Shown in pieces: positions 1-5,565 of a DNA stretch of 5,565 nt. A program made the position numbers and the translations under genes. Numbering within the stretch: position 1 is the stretch's first letter; the number at the start of each line of letters is the position of its first letter. This DNA is from a virus, in the UHGV virus genome UHGV-0382441; one strand, given 5' to 3'. A model generated the notes under the pieces. The model did not search any database. It worked only from the letters and a program-made list of their open reading frames with translations, and was not told the origin of the DNA.

Positions 1-609
1 ATATCCATCTCCTACACTAAGTTTCTTCCAGATATGGTTCACTCCGGTGATTACATATGCATTTTCTTCTTGTTTGTTGGCGTAGTAGTTTTTGAATATG
101 TCCCAGTACGCCAGATTGAATATTGCAGGAAATCTTCGTAGGTATTGATTTGTCTTGGATCGTCCGAATCCTTTTATTCCCAAGTATGAGATCAGCGAGC
201 TCGGGTTGACCTGCCCTCTGTTGGTGTCGTTTTCATAGATCGATGTGTTGGCTGTGTATACTTGAAATTGTGGCAATAGTACTTTACTCATGTTCAACCC
301 TACTCCTAAAGCGTTATTATGCAGCGCTGCTATGTAGAGTCTGATCGGAATTACGAATACGTCGATTTGATGTTTGAAACTTCCGAATACAGGTCCGGTC
401 GTCGGCAGTGTTTTTACTTTTGTCGTGATATCGATGTAAAATGTCGTTCCGTCCATACCTATTTGGCACCAATAGGGAACGATTGTGCCGCACGCTTGCG
501 ATGTTCGGATTATTTTTCCTACGTTATGCGATGATCTACCGAAATTAGGCAGATATACTTCCATTTTGCTTTCGCTTCGGATTCTGTCTCCTCCTAATGT
601 TTTTTTCAT
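1..609 (-). CDS. VP1: Major capsid protein VP1 (Microviridae F-like jelly-roll), N-terminal part. It continues across the circular junction into 4129..5565.
   Basis: ATG at 609-607 on '-'. My translation is MKKTLGGDRIRSESKMEVYLPNFGRSSHNVGKIIRTSQACGTIVPYWCQIGMDGTTFYIDITTKVKTLPTTGPVFGSFKHQIDVFVIPIRLY... This matches the conserved N-terminal pattern of gokushovirus and alpavirus VP1 (RSxF..S...T...G.L.P....LPGDTF.....FFVPxRL). It is 203 complete codons, ending exactly at base 1. There is no stop, so the ORF runs off the window edge. The six-frame track omits it because it has no in-window stop. Confidence 0.85.
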   Translation of the reverse strand, partial: MKKTLGGDRIRSESKMEVYLPNFGRSSHNVGKIIRTSQACGTIVPYWCQIGMDGTTFYIDITTKVKTLPTTGPVFGSFKHQIDVFVIPIRLYIAALHNNALGVGLNMSKVLLPQFQVYTANTSIYENDTNRGQVNPSSLISYLGIKGFGRSKTNQYLRRFPAIFNLAYWDIFKNYYANKQEENAYVITGVNHIWKKLSVGDGY

Positions 610-612
610 GGC

Positions 613-957
613 TTATTTCGTTTGATTGTTTTTCATTTCTTCGTTTACGTGCAGGATGAATATGAATGTTGCGGTCAGGATGTCTTCCCATTCTTTTTTA
701 GCTATGTGTTCTTCAGCTTCCTCTTTAGTGTCGAATTCCTTTCCGTTCAAGAGTGAGCCGCACATTGTGATCACCCATTTGTTTTTCTTATTGCGGATCA
801 GCACGAATATGCCGTTTTCCGATTGTACTCTTTCTTCGATTTCGAGGTTTACGCTTTCGATTTCTTCTTCTTTTTTTCCGCTTTCAGCAAGTAGCTGATT
901 TCTGAATTTTTTGTCCATGTTACTTGATTTTTGTTGTTGTTGATACTTTTTGTTCAT
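613..957 (-). CDS. Hypothetical protein (114 aa), directly upstream of VP1. Its start lies inside a 39-bp tandem duplication. The true start may instead be the second in-frame ATG at 918-916 (MDKKFRNQ…).
   Basis: ORF on the virion strand. Its TAA at 615-613 is followed by GCC and then the VP1 ATG, in the same frame. It has a charged, Glu/Lys-rich composition. Its position between the Rep module and VP1 suggests a small structural, scaffold or DNA-binding accessory protein. Confidence 0.5.
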   Translation of the reverse strand: MNKKYQQQQKSSNMDKKFRNQLLAESGKKEEEIESVNLEIEERVQSENGIFVLIRNKKNKWVITMCGSLLNGKEFDTKEEAEEHIAKKEWEDILTATFIFILHVNEEMKNNQTK

Positions 958-987
958 GTTACTTGATTTTTGTTGTTGTTGATACTT
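913..987. repeat. Tandem direct duplication with a 39-bp period. A 33-nt unit is identical at 916-948 and 955-987.
   Basis: catgttacttgatttttgttgttgttgatactt occurs twice, offset by 39 nt. On the virion strand this duplicates AAGTATCAACAACAACAAAAATCAAGTAAC-ATG, the leader and start codon of ORF114, and it contains the ORF56 stop codon. Confidence 0.8.
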
Positions 988-1129
988 CGACTGTGTCGAT
1001 TTTGATTCCGTTTGCTTTGAGGTAGTGCTTGTGAGTGCATCCTTGCTCCATGATTACGGCAGCTGCGGCGCCGATTGCGGCCGCTATTACCGCGATCCAT
1101 TTTACGATTTTCTTTACTTTTTCATTCAT
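959..1129 (-). CDS. Small membrane protein (56 aa) with a predicted single transmembrane helix. It is not in the supplied ORF track (below its size cut-off).
   Basis: ATG at 1129-1127, six nt after the ORF116 TAA. TAA at 961-959, one nt before the ORF114 ATG. Hand translation: MNEKVKKIVKWIAVIAAAIGAAAAVIMEQGCTHKHYLKANGIKIDTVEVSTTTKIK. A basic N-terminus is followed by a 20-residue hydrophobic Ala/Gly-rich segment with a small-xxx-small packing pattern. The helix is encoded by a local GC-rich island (gcggcgccgattgcggccgc) in an otherwise AT-rich genome. It fits exactly into the gap between two neighbouring genes. Confidence 0.5.
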   Translation of the reverse strand: MNEKVKKIVKWIAVIAAAIGAAAAVIMEQGCTHKHYLKANGIKIDTVEVSTTTKIK

Positions 1130-1132
1130 AGT

Positions 1133-1483
1133 TTAGCGATAATTGAGTGTTGGTTTTTTTTTGATCATTACTATCCTTCTGATAATAGGTTCGTACAGTT
1201 GTTTTCTTTCGTTGTATATCCAGTTGCTTACCTCGTAGAAACTGATGCCGGTTCTTTGTGGTTTTTGAGTATCTACGTATTCTTTGTCGAATGTTTCTCC
1301 GTCTTCTGTCACGTAGAATGTTCCTTCGTATTGGAAGTTTCGTTTGGATACTGTTTCTGCACCGATCAGTTTTATAAGATTAGTGGATCTATCTCCGATG
1401 TCTCCTCTTCCTTTGGTGAATTTATTATCCTGTTTCTGGTCAATATATTCTCTATTTTTCTGGTCGCAAATTCCGTTTCCCAT
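1133..1483 (-). CDS. Hypothetical protein (116 aa) immediately downstream of Rep.
   Basis: ATG at 1483-1481, three nt after the VP4 TGA at 1489-1487. TAA at 1135-1133. It is on the virion strand, tightly packed against its neighbours. I recognise no motif in it. Confidence 0.5.
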   Translation of the reverse strand: MGNGICDQKNREYIDQKQDNKFTKGRGDIGDRSTNLIKLIGAETVSKRNFQYEGTFYVTEDGETFDKEYVDTQKPQRTGISFYEVSNWIYNERKQLYEPIIRRIVMIKKKPTLNYR

Positions 1484-1486
1484 ATT

Positions 1487-2398
1487 TCACGAATTAATTT
1501 CTCCTTCTTTATGATCAGGTCTGCATATGCCTTGCATATTTCCTTCTTTTCTCTTTCCGTCATATTTTTTGATTGATTGCCAATATTTTACTGCGTGTAC
1601 ATATTCTTCGTATTGTTTTATTGTTTCCACTTTGATAGGAGTTTTGTTGTAGTACTTTACTTGTTTTTCTTCTTTTATGATCCGGAGGGCTTCGCGTTCT
1701 TGATCTGTCCATATTTTTTGTCTGTAGTATGTTGGCAGTGCTACTTTTATTCCTGAGTTTGTTCTGTATGTTTCTTCTGTGAATTTATCCCGATATCTAT
1801 GCTTGTCGAGTGTGTTTTTGTTTATGTAGTTTATTCCGATTTTTTTTGAAGTGAATATTTTTCCGTTGAATTCAGGGTTGTCCTCGTCTTTTTTCGTTAT
1901 GTATTTTATGATGTAGTTTATCGTCCTTTCGTTTACTTCGTACCCGAAGAATACCCAGCCGTACCCCCATTCTTTTTCGAATTGTTCCTCTGTTAGTTCC
2001 GTCCATATAATGCCGTGTAGATGTATTCTTTTGGTATTGTCGTGTCCCAGTTCTGTGATTAGCCAGTGTTTGAGTGGTTTTTTATGCTTTTTCCACCATC
2101 GTTTTCTGAATAGGCTGACTGCTTTTTGAGGTGTTTTGTTCGGTTCGTTTTCGTCATATTCTAATTTTTTTAGGCTTTCTTCGGAGAACGTCAGCGTGGC
2201 AAATATAGTATTTTTTGGATTAGATTTTATTTCTTCCATCAATCTTACTCTCCATTCATTTGCTTTTGCGCGTCTGCATTCTTCGCAGTGTCCGCATGGA
2301 ATTTGTATCCATCTCAGACGACGGTCTCTTATTCTTTTAGCGTTTTCGTTCGATTTGGCGTACTTTGGATTCTCTATGGTACTTGGATATAGACACAC
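1487..2398 (-). CDS. VP4: Replication initiation protein VP4 (rolling-circle HUH endonuclease, phiX174 gpA-like). It apparently starts at GTG.
   Basis: 303 aa. Motif I (uuTuxx) is IFATLTF at 2186-2203. The PCGHCEEC Cys pair lies at 2276-2296. Motif II (HUH) is RIHLHGIIW, with HLHG at 2012-2023. Motif III is YIIKYITK at about 1901-1915, holding the catalytic Tyr. The N-terminus (M/V)CLYPSTIENPKY resembles the MxCxxP start of microviral Reps. The codon at 2398-2396 is CAC on '+', which is GTG on the virion strand. The nearest in-frame upstream stop is at 2425-2423, with no ATG in between. Confidence 0.85.
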   Translation of the reverse strand: MCLYPSTIENPKYAKSNENAKRIRDRRLRWIQIPCGHCEECRRAKANEWRVRLMEEIKSNPKNTIFATLTFSEESLKKLEYDENEPNKTPQKAVSLFRKRWWKKHKKPLKHWLITELGHDNTKRIHLHGIIWTELTEEQFEKEWGYGWVFFGYEVNERTINYIIKYITKKDEDNPEFNGKIFTSKKIGINYINKNTLDKHRYRDKFTEETYRTNSGIKVALPTYYRQKIWTDQEREALRIIKEEKQVKYYNKTPIKVETIKQYEEYVHAVKYWQSIKKYDGKRKEGNMQGICRPDHKEGEINS

Positions 2399-2436
2399 TG
2401 CTTTTAATTGAATTTTCCCCCTTTAAAATCATTTTT

Positions 2437-3645
2437 CTACCATTTTGTCGTTACGGTTTTATCTACTCCTTTGAAATTCATCTCCGGATCGTAGTGTTGT
2501 GTTACTGTCGATGAGTTCATGGGGGGAGTATTGTTCATCTTTCTTTCTGTGTATTCCCTGATCGCTTTTCCTGTTTTTCCTCCGATTACCATATTTCCTA
2601 CTACTTGCGCGAGTTTGAGGATCGTGTTTGCTATTTCGGTCCAGTATTGGAGTTCTCGCAGGTCTGCGGTTGCTTCTTCGGTTCTCTTTTTTGCTTCGAG
2701 TACTTTTGCTTCTGCCTTTTGGGTTTCGCCTGCTGCGTAGAAGTAAGCTGCTTGAGCCATTGCACTGCATGCGTCCGCGTTTATTTTTTTGATTTCTGCC
2801 GATAGTTTTTCGTCTGCATATATGCTTTCCAGAGTTTTGATTGCCGCTGTTCCTTCGAGGATTTGTTTTTCGGCTTTCATCATATCGCCCTGGAATGATT
2901 CCTCTCCGAATACGATTTTGCCGAATTTGTCATCTTCTATCTCGAAGTACTTCGGTATTTCGACTTCTTTGCCGTCGATTGTTGTTTTCTCTGTAGGCTG
3001 CCATTTTACCATCTGGTCCCATAGTTGATTTGCTGTGCTGATAAAGCCTTTCCAGCCTTCGAACATTTCCTGTTTTACCTGCCATATTCTCTTTTCGATT
3101 ATTGACGTGGTTTCTTCTTTGTTTTTGCCCGCTTCTGCTTTGAGTGCTTCTGCTTGCGTATTGAGCAGGTTGATTTCTGCCTCGTTCTTTCGTTCGCTCA
3201 TCCGCACCTGTCGTAATGACATCAATGCCTGTAGTTGCATATTCGGATCGGCTGCTGATCCTGCTCCTGTAGCTCCTGTTGCACCTATTGGAGCACCTGT
3301 TGTCGAACCGGCTCCTCCGCCTCCGGCGCCTCCTTTGCCATACATCAGACCGGGAGACAATCCCGCTGCATCCATTTGCGCGACTTGATTGGCGTAACTT
3401 TGGTCTTGATAGGTCCTGTTGTATAACACTTGCTGTCTTTCGAATGCATTCTCCGCCGCCATTTCTCCGTATTTGTAATTTATTTTGGCTGCGTTTTCTA
3501 CCATCTCTTTCTGCTGTCTTATCTGCCTCCTTCTGCCTATGCCTAGCGTGTTGAGGATTCCTGACACATTGCCTACAATTCCCGAGAGAGGGTTCATAAT
3601 ATCCTCTCCTTTTCCGAGTAGGTCTAATAGTTTTTTGAAGTTCAT
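2437..3645 (-). CDS. VP2: Minor capsid / DNA pilot protein VP2 (402 aa) with a Gly/Ala-rich low-complexity tract.
   Basis: It sits between VP1 and VP4, as in microviral genomes. Residues 103-134 are a Gly/Ala/Thr-rich stretch (GKGGAGGGGAGSTTGAPIGATGATGAGSAADP). The C-terminal half is helical and rich in Glu, Lys and Ala (…EAEINLLNTQAEALKAEAGKNKEE…), typical of VP2/H-like pilot proteins. ATG at 3645-3643, TAG at 2439-2437. Confidence 0.65.
   Translation of the reverse strand: MNFKKLLDLLGKGEDIMNPLSGIVGNVSGILNTLGIGRRRQIRQQKEMVENAAKINYKYGEMAAENAFERQQVLYNRTYQDQSYANQVAQMDAAGLSPGLMYGKGGAGGGGAGSTTGAPIGATGATGAGSAADPNMQLQALMSLRQVRMSERKNEAEINLLNTQAEALKAEAGKNKEETTSIIEKRIWQVKQEMFEGWKGFISTANQLWDQMVKWQPTEKTTIDGKEVEIPKYFEIEDDKFGKIVFGEESFQGDMMKAEKQILEGTAAIKTLESIYADEKLSAEIKKINADACSAMAQAAYFYAAGETQKAEAKVLEAKKRTEEATADLRELQYWTEIANTILKLAQVVGNMVIGGKTGKAIREYTERKMNNTPPMNSSTVTQHYDPEMNFKGVDKTVTTKW
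3244..3339 (-). repeat. Low-complexity Gly/Ala-coding tract inside VP2 (GGN/GCN codon repeats).
   Basis: The '+' strand reads cctgctcctgtagctcctgttgcacctattggagcacctgttgtcgaaccggctcctccgcctccggcgcctcc. This encodes GKGGAGGGGAGSTTGAPIGATGATGAGSAADP on the virion strand. Confidence 0.7.
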
Positions 3646-3740
3646 TTTCGTTCTTTTTTTAAAAAGAATTTATACCTATAGTTCTTGTTATATATGTATA
3701 AATGTCTACCGTTCTGTGCCACATATATTTACGAGGGTTA
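3646..3740 (-). promoter_or_regulatory. AT-rich non-coding leader upstream of VP2. Candidate promoter region with an imperfect inverted repeat.
   Basis: About 75% A+T. atatatgt at about 3692-3699 and acatatat at 3721-3728 form an imperfect inverted repeat. Virion-strand TATAAC / TATAAA-like hexamers are present. There is no clear Shine-Dalgarno motif before the VP2 ATG (…AAAAAAAGAACGAAA-ATG). Confidence 0.3.
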
Positions 3741-3771
3741 AAAGAGGGGGGCGGAAATATCCCCCCTCTTT
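3741..3771. terminator. Perfect 11-bp GC-rich hairpin (aaagagggggg / cggaaatat loop / cccccctcttt) in the only sizeable intergenic region. Candidate intrinsic terminator and/or replication-origin stem-loop.
   Basis: 3741-3751 is the exact reverse complement of 3761-3771, with a 9-nt loop. On the virion strand the stem is followed by TCTTTT-AACC. On the '+' strand it is followed by GAGTTTTGG. It lies about 30 nt downstream of the ORF107 stop and about 95 nt upstream of the VP2 start. Confidence 0.5.
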
Positions 3772-3800
3772 GAGTTTTGGTAGATCTTTATACGACTGCT

Positions 3801-4124
3801 TTAGCTTTTTTCGGGATCGGTTTTTTCTTCTGTCCCGAAATTTTTCGCAGCCTCGGTTTCGCCCTTGTTTTTTGCGATTTGGCTTGCTGTGCTTTGGTTG
3901 ATTTTATCCATTGCGTCTATCGCTACTTCGAATCGATCTGTTCTTATGTCGTATTCGGGTTGTACTCCATCCTTTTTTTCCGTGTAGATTGTCGGGAATA
4001 CTCCATCCTCCATGTTACTGGTTTCTCCGCTGATTATCTTTCTTAGTTTCACTTCCCTCGGTTCTGCTTCGTAGGTAAGGTCTGGATTATTGATACATCC
4101 TTTTCTATTTTTTGCTGTTTTCAT
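3801..4124 (-). CDS. Hypothetical acidic protein (107 aa) between VP1 and VP2. It may be a scaffolding-like protein.
   Basis: ATG at 4124-4122, four nt after the VP1 TAA (TAA-CACC-ATG). This suggests translational coupling with the capsid gene. It is Glu/Asp-rich. I recognise no motif, so any function is inferred from position alone. Confidence 0.45.
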   Translation of the reverse strand: MKTAKNRKGCINNPDLTYEAEPREVKLRKIISGETSNMEDGVFPTIYTEKKDGVQPEYDIRTDRFEVAIDAMDKINQSTASQIAKNKGETEAAKNFGTEEKTDPEKS

Positions 4125-4128
4125 GGTG

Positions 4129-5565
4129 TTATAAATTTGGAATTTGTTTTGCTGACATTACTCGACGTGCTGTTACGTCGAACGCTACTTGTACCCAGAA
4201 GTTTTGCGCACTTAGTCTCGACTCTGCGAATATGCTGTTGTATATCGTAGGGTCGATGTATGTCGTTGCGTTTTTAATCGAGCCGTCTTTATTTTCTTCG
4301 TATATTCTGTTCAAGCACATGAATGCTAAAGGCATTCCCGCGGCGAATTCGCCGTACGTTTCGTTTACGTCTGTCGTGTATTCGATCCATGAAGGTTGTT
4401 TTCCTAATGATTGGTACGTGTGTGTGTAGTTTTCAGTGGTTTCTGTGCTCCATGCAGCTGCTTCTTCCGCTATCAGTTCTTGAAATCCGATTGCGTCCAA
4501 TGTCGGTTTATGGAAGTCATCCATATTTTGCAGTCTTGTCCACCATTTGTTGCCTTGGCTGTAATCGATTCGAGGTGTGATCGATCCTAAGGCCATGATC
4601 ATGCTTGGTTCTGTGCATTTGATCTTCAAGCCTCTTCCGGATTTGTACATGGTTGCGACTCCTCGGCCGGCAAGTGTTCCTAATGGTTCTTCATCTGTCG
4701 CTGAGTTCGATACGATTTCGTCGAATGCGATTTCGCTTTGCATTCCGCCGCAGAAGATAGGAGATTCAGGCAGCGTTGTGCTTCTGATCCCGTACGTTGC
4801 CTCTCTCCACGCCTGATAGGTGCCGTCTGTAATAGCTACGCGATTCAGCATGTTGAAAATTTTCTTTTGAAGGATCAGAGCATCCATCGTAAGTTTTCCA
4901 TCGCTCACATCTACCGCTGTGATTGCGTTGATCCCTCCGGTCGTTCCGTCGATCCATTCGGTGTTCAGCCAGTTGTTGAACCTGTCGCTGAGATATGTTT
5001 TTATCGCCAACCCCGCTTGTGAGAACCATGCAAATGAGCTGGTATATGTTTGTGTGCGATCATGATTCGGCAGGTCTAAAGGCGCTGTCGCTGCCCTATA
5101 TGGCATTTTTGTATCGTCTATTACATATGCCGAGGAGCTGGGTGCCGCTAAGATTGCAGTTCGTACGTCGTCGATGGTTTTTAACGGGAATGGTGTTAGT
5201 TTGATCCTCTGGTTGTCCGGCATTGTTATTGCGTAAAGCCCGGTTTTATCTTCATTGTATGCAATTTTGATTTTCTTTTTGACCTTGTACATGTAAATGT
5301 TGGTTGCCTTCCTCAGGTTCTTCGGTTCCCTGAGTCCCGGCGCCTCCGGATCGGTTCGGTCGAATACAAAGCTGTCTCCGAGTTTTGTTAATTTGTTGGT
5401 TTTTGCTGTAGGGTTATTCGGATCATTCGTTAAGAATTGTATCTCGCCGACTGTGTCGGGTGAGACGTTTTCCTCGAATTCCAGTTTGATGTATTGCGGT
5501 TTTTCAGTAGTTGGATCGATTATGCATGTTTGACTTACGTTATTCTGCCATGATGCCCTCCAAGC
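4129..5565 (-). CDS. VP1: Major capsid protein VP1, C-terminal part. The frame is open from 5565 down to the TAA at 4131-4129. Total VP1 is about 681 aa when joined to 1..609.
   Basis: The track ORF 4129..5292 (387 aa) has a typical Microviridae VP1 C-terminus (…LGTLAGRGVATMYKSG…WSTET…FWVQVAFDVTARRVMSAKQIPNL). I translated upstream of the internal Met at 5292 and found no stop all the way to 5565. That frame is in phase with base 5565, and the 1..609 part ends in phase at base 1. Confidence 0.85.
   Translation of the reverse strand, partial: AWRASWQNNVSQTCIIDPTTEKPQYIKLEFEENVSPDTVGEIQFLTNDPNNPTAKTNKLTKLGDSFVFDRTDPEAPGLREPKNLRKATNIYMYKVKKKIKIAYNEDKTGLYAITMPDNQRIKLTPFPLKTIDDVRTAILAAPSSSAYVIDDTKMPYRAATAPLDLPNHDRTQTYTSSFAWFSQAGLAIKTYLSDRFNNWLNTEWIDGTTGGINAITAVDVSDGKLTMDALILQKKIFNMLNRVAITDGTYQAWREATYGIRSTTLPESPIFCGGMQSEIAFDEIVSNSATDEEPLGTLAGRGVATMYKSGRGLKIKCTEPSMIMALGSITPRIDYSQGNKWWTRLQNMDDFHKPTLDAIGFQELIAEEAAAWSTETTENYTHTYQSLGKQPSWIEYTTDVNETYGEFAAGMPLAFMCLNRIYEENKDGSIKNATTYIDPTIYNSIFAESRLSAQNFWVQVAFDVTARRVMSAKQIPNL

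Noticed and set aside
1076-1083. GCGGCCGC (NotI) palindrome and a local GC-rich island at about 1060-1095.
   Set aside because: The Ala/Gly codons of the ORF56 transmembrane helix (GCG GCC GCA ATC GGC GCC GCA GCT GCC) explain it fully. No separate regulatory role needs to be invoked.
1484-1520. AAGAAGGAGAAA, a Shine-Dalgarno-like sequence upstream of ORF116.
   Set aside because: It lies about 20 nt from the ATG, which is too far for canonical SD spacing. It is inside the VP4 coding sequence (…HKEGEINS*), so it most likely just reflects the Lys/Glu codons there.
1372-1563. 63-aa '-' ORF overlapping the VP4 C-terminus and the ORF116 N-terminus in another frame (MTEREKKEICKAYADLIIKKEK…).
   Set aside because: It is short and has no motif. 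It spans a gene boundary, which is hard to reconcile with two constrained frames. It is most likely a chance open frame in A-rich sequence. A genuine overprinted gene cannot be excluded without comparative data.
1025-1576. The '+'-strand ORFs in the six-frame track: 319..534, 626..898, 1025..1576, 2136..2411, 2519..2740, 2605..2805, 2789..3028, 3035..3388, 3279..3554, 3485..3901, 3777..4046, 4112..4429, 4323..4580, 4577..4816, 4738..5022, 4995..5204 and 5297..5533.
   Set aside because: All of them lie antisense to well-supported virion-strand genes. Their composition is Phe/Ser/Leu/Cys-rich and low-complexity, which is what a T-rich antisense strand produces. Microviridae encode all genes on one strand. 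They are shadow ORFs.
4766-5029. 87-aa '-' ORF in an alternative frame inside the VP1 C-terminal region (Arg/Asp/His-rich).
   Set aside because: It sits inside the most conserved capsid core, where a second constrained frame is unlikely. Its composition is what frame-shifted reading of the VP1 codons would give. I found no start context.
1-5565. A search for tRNA or rRNA genes, CRISPR repeats, integrase or attachment sites, and IS elements.
   Set aside because: I saw no cloverleaf-forming tRNA-like segments and no spaced direct repeats. There is no integrase, recombinase or transposase-like ORF. The whole window is accounted for by the phage genes, so there is no sign of prophage integration machinery.

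Overview
The window looks like a complete circular ssDNA Microviridae genome of about 5.6 kb, shown as the reverse complement of the virion strand. Every credible gene is on the '-' strand, and the '+' strand carries only T-rich antisense shadow ORFs. The window is linearised inside the major capsid gene VP1. The VP1 N-terminal 203 codons run 609->1 on '-' and end on a complete codon at base 1. An open frame with no stop runs from base 5565 down to the TAA at 4129-4131, in the same codon phase. Joined, these give a VP1 of about 681 aa. Going round the virion strand, the gene order is VP1, an acidic 107-aa ORF, VP2 (a pilot or minor capsid protein with a Gly/Ala-rich tract), VP4 (a rolling-circle Rep with a CxxC pair, a HUH motif and a YxxK motif, apparently starting at GTG), a 116-aa ORF, an unlisted 56-aa ORF with a transmembrane helix, a 114-aa ORF, and back to VP1. 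Genes are packed tightly, with gaps of 1-4 nt. The only long non-coding stretch is 3646-3800. It holds a perfect 11-bp GC-rich hairpin and an AT-rich tract, and is the candidate origin, terminator or promoter region. Other observations worth a second look: a 39-bp tandem duplication that duplicates the start codon and leader of the 114-aa ORF; an Arg/Lys-rich ORF in an alternative frame inside VP2; a large VP1 with no Shine-Dalgarno motifs upstream of most genes, which points to a Bacteroidota-type host (Alpavirinae-like) rather than the classical Gokushovirinae.
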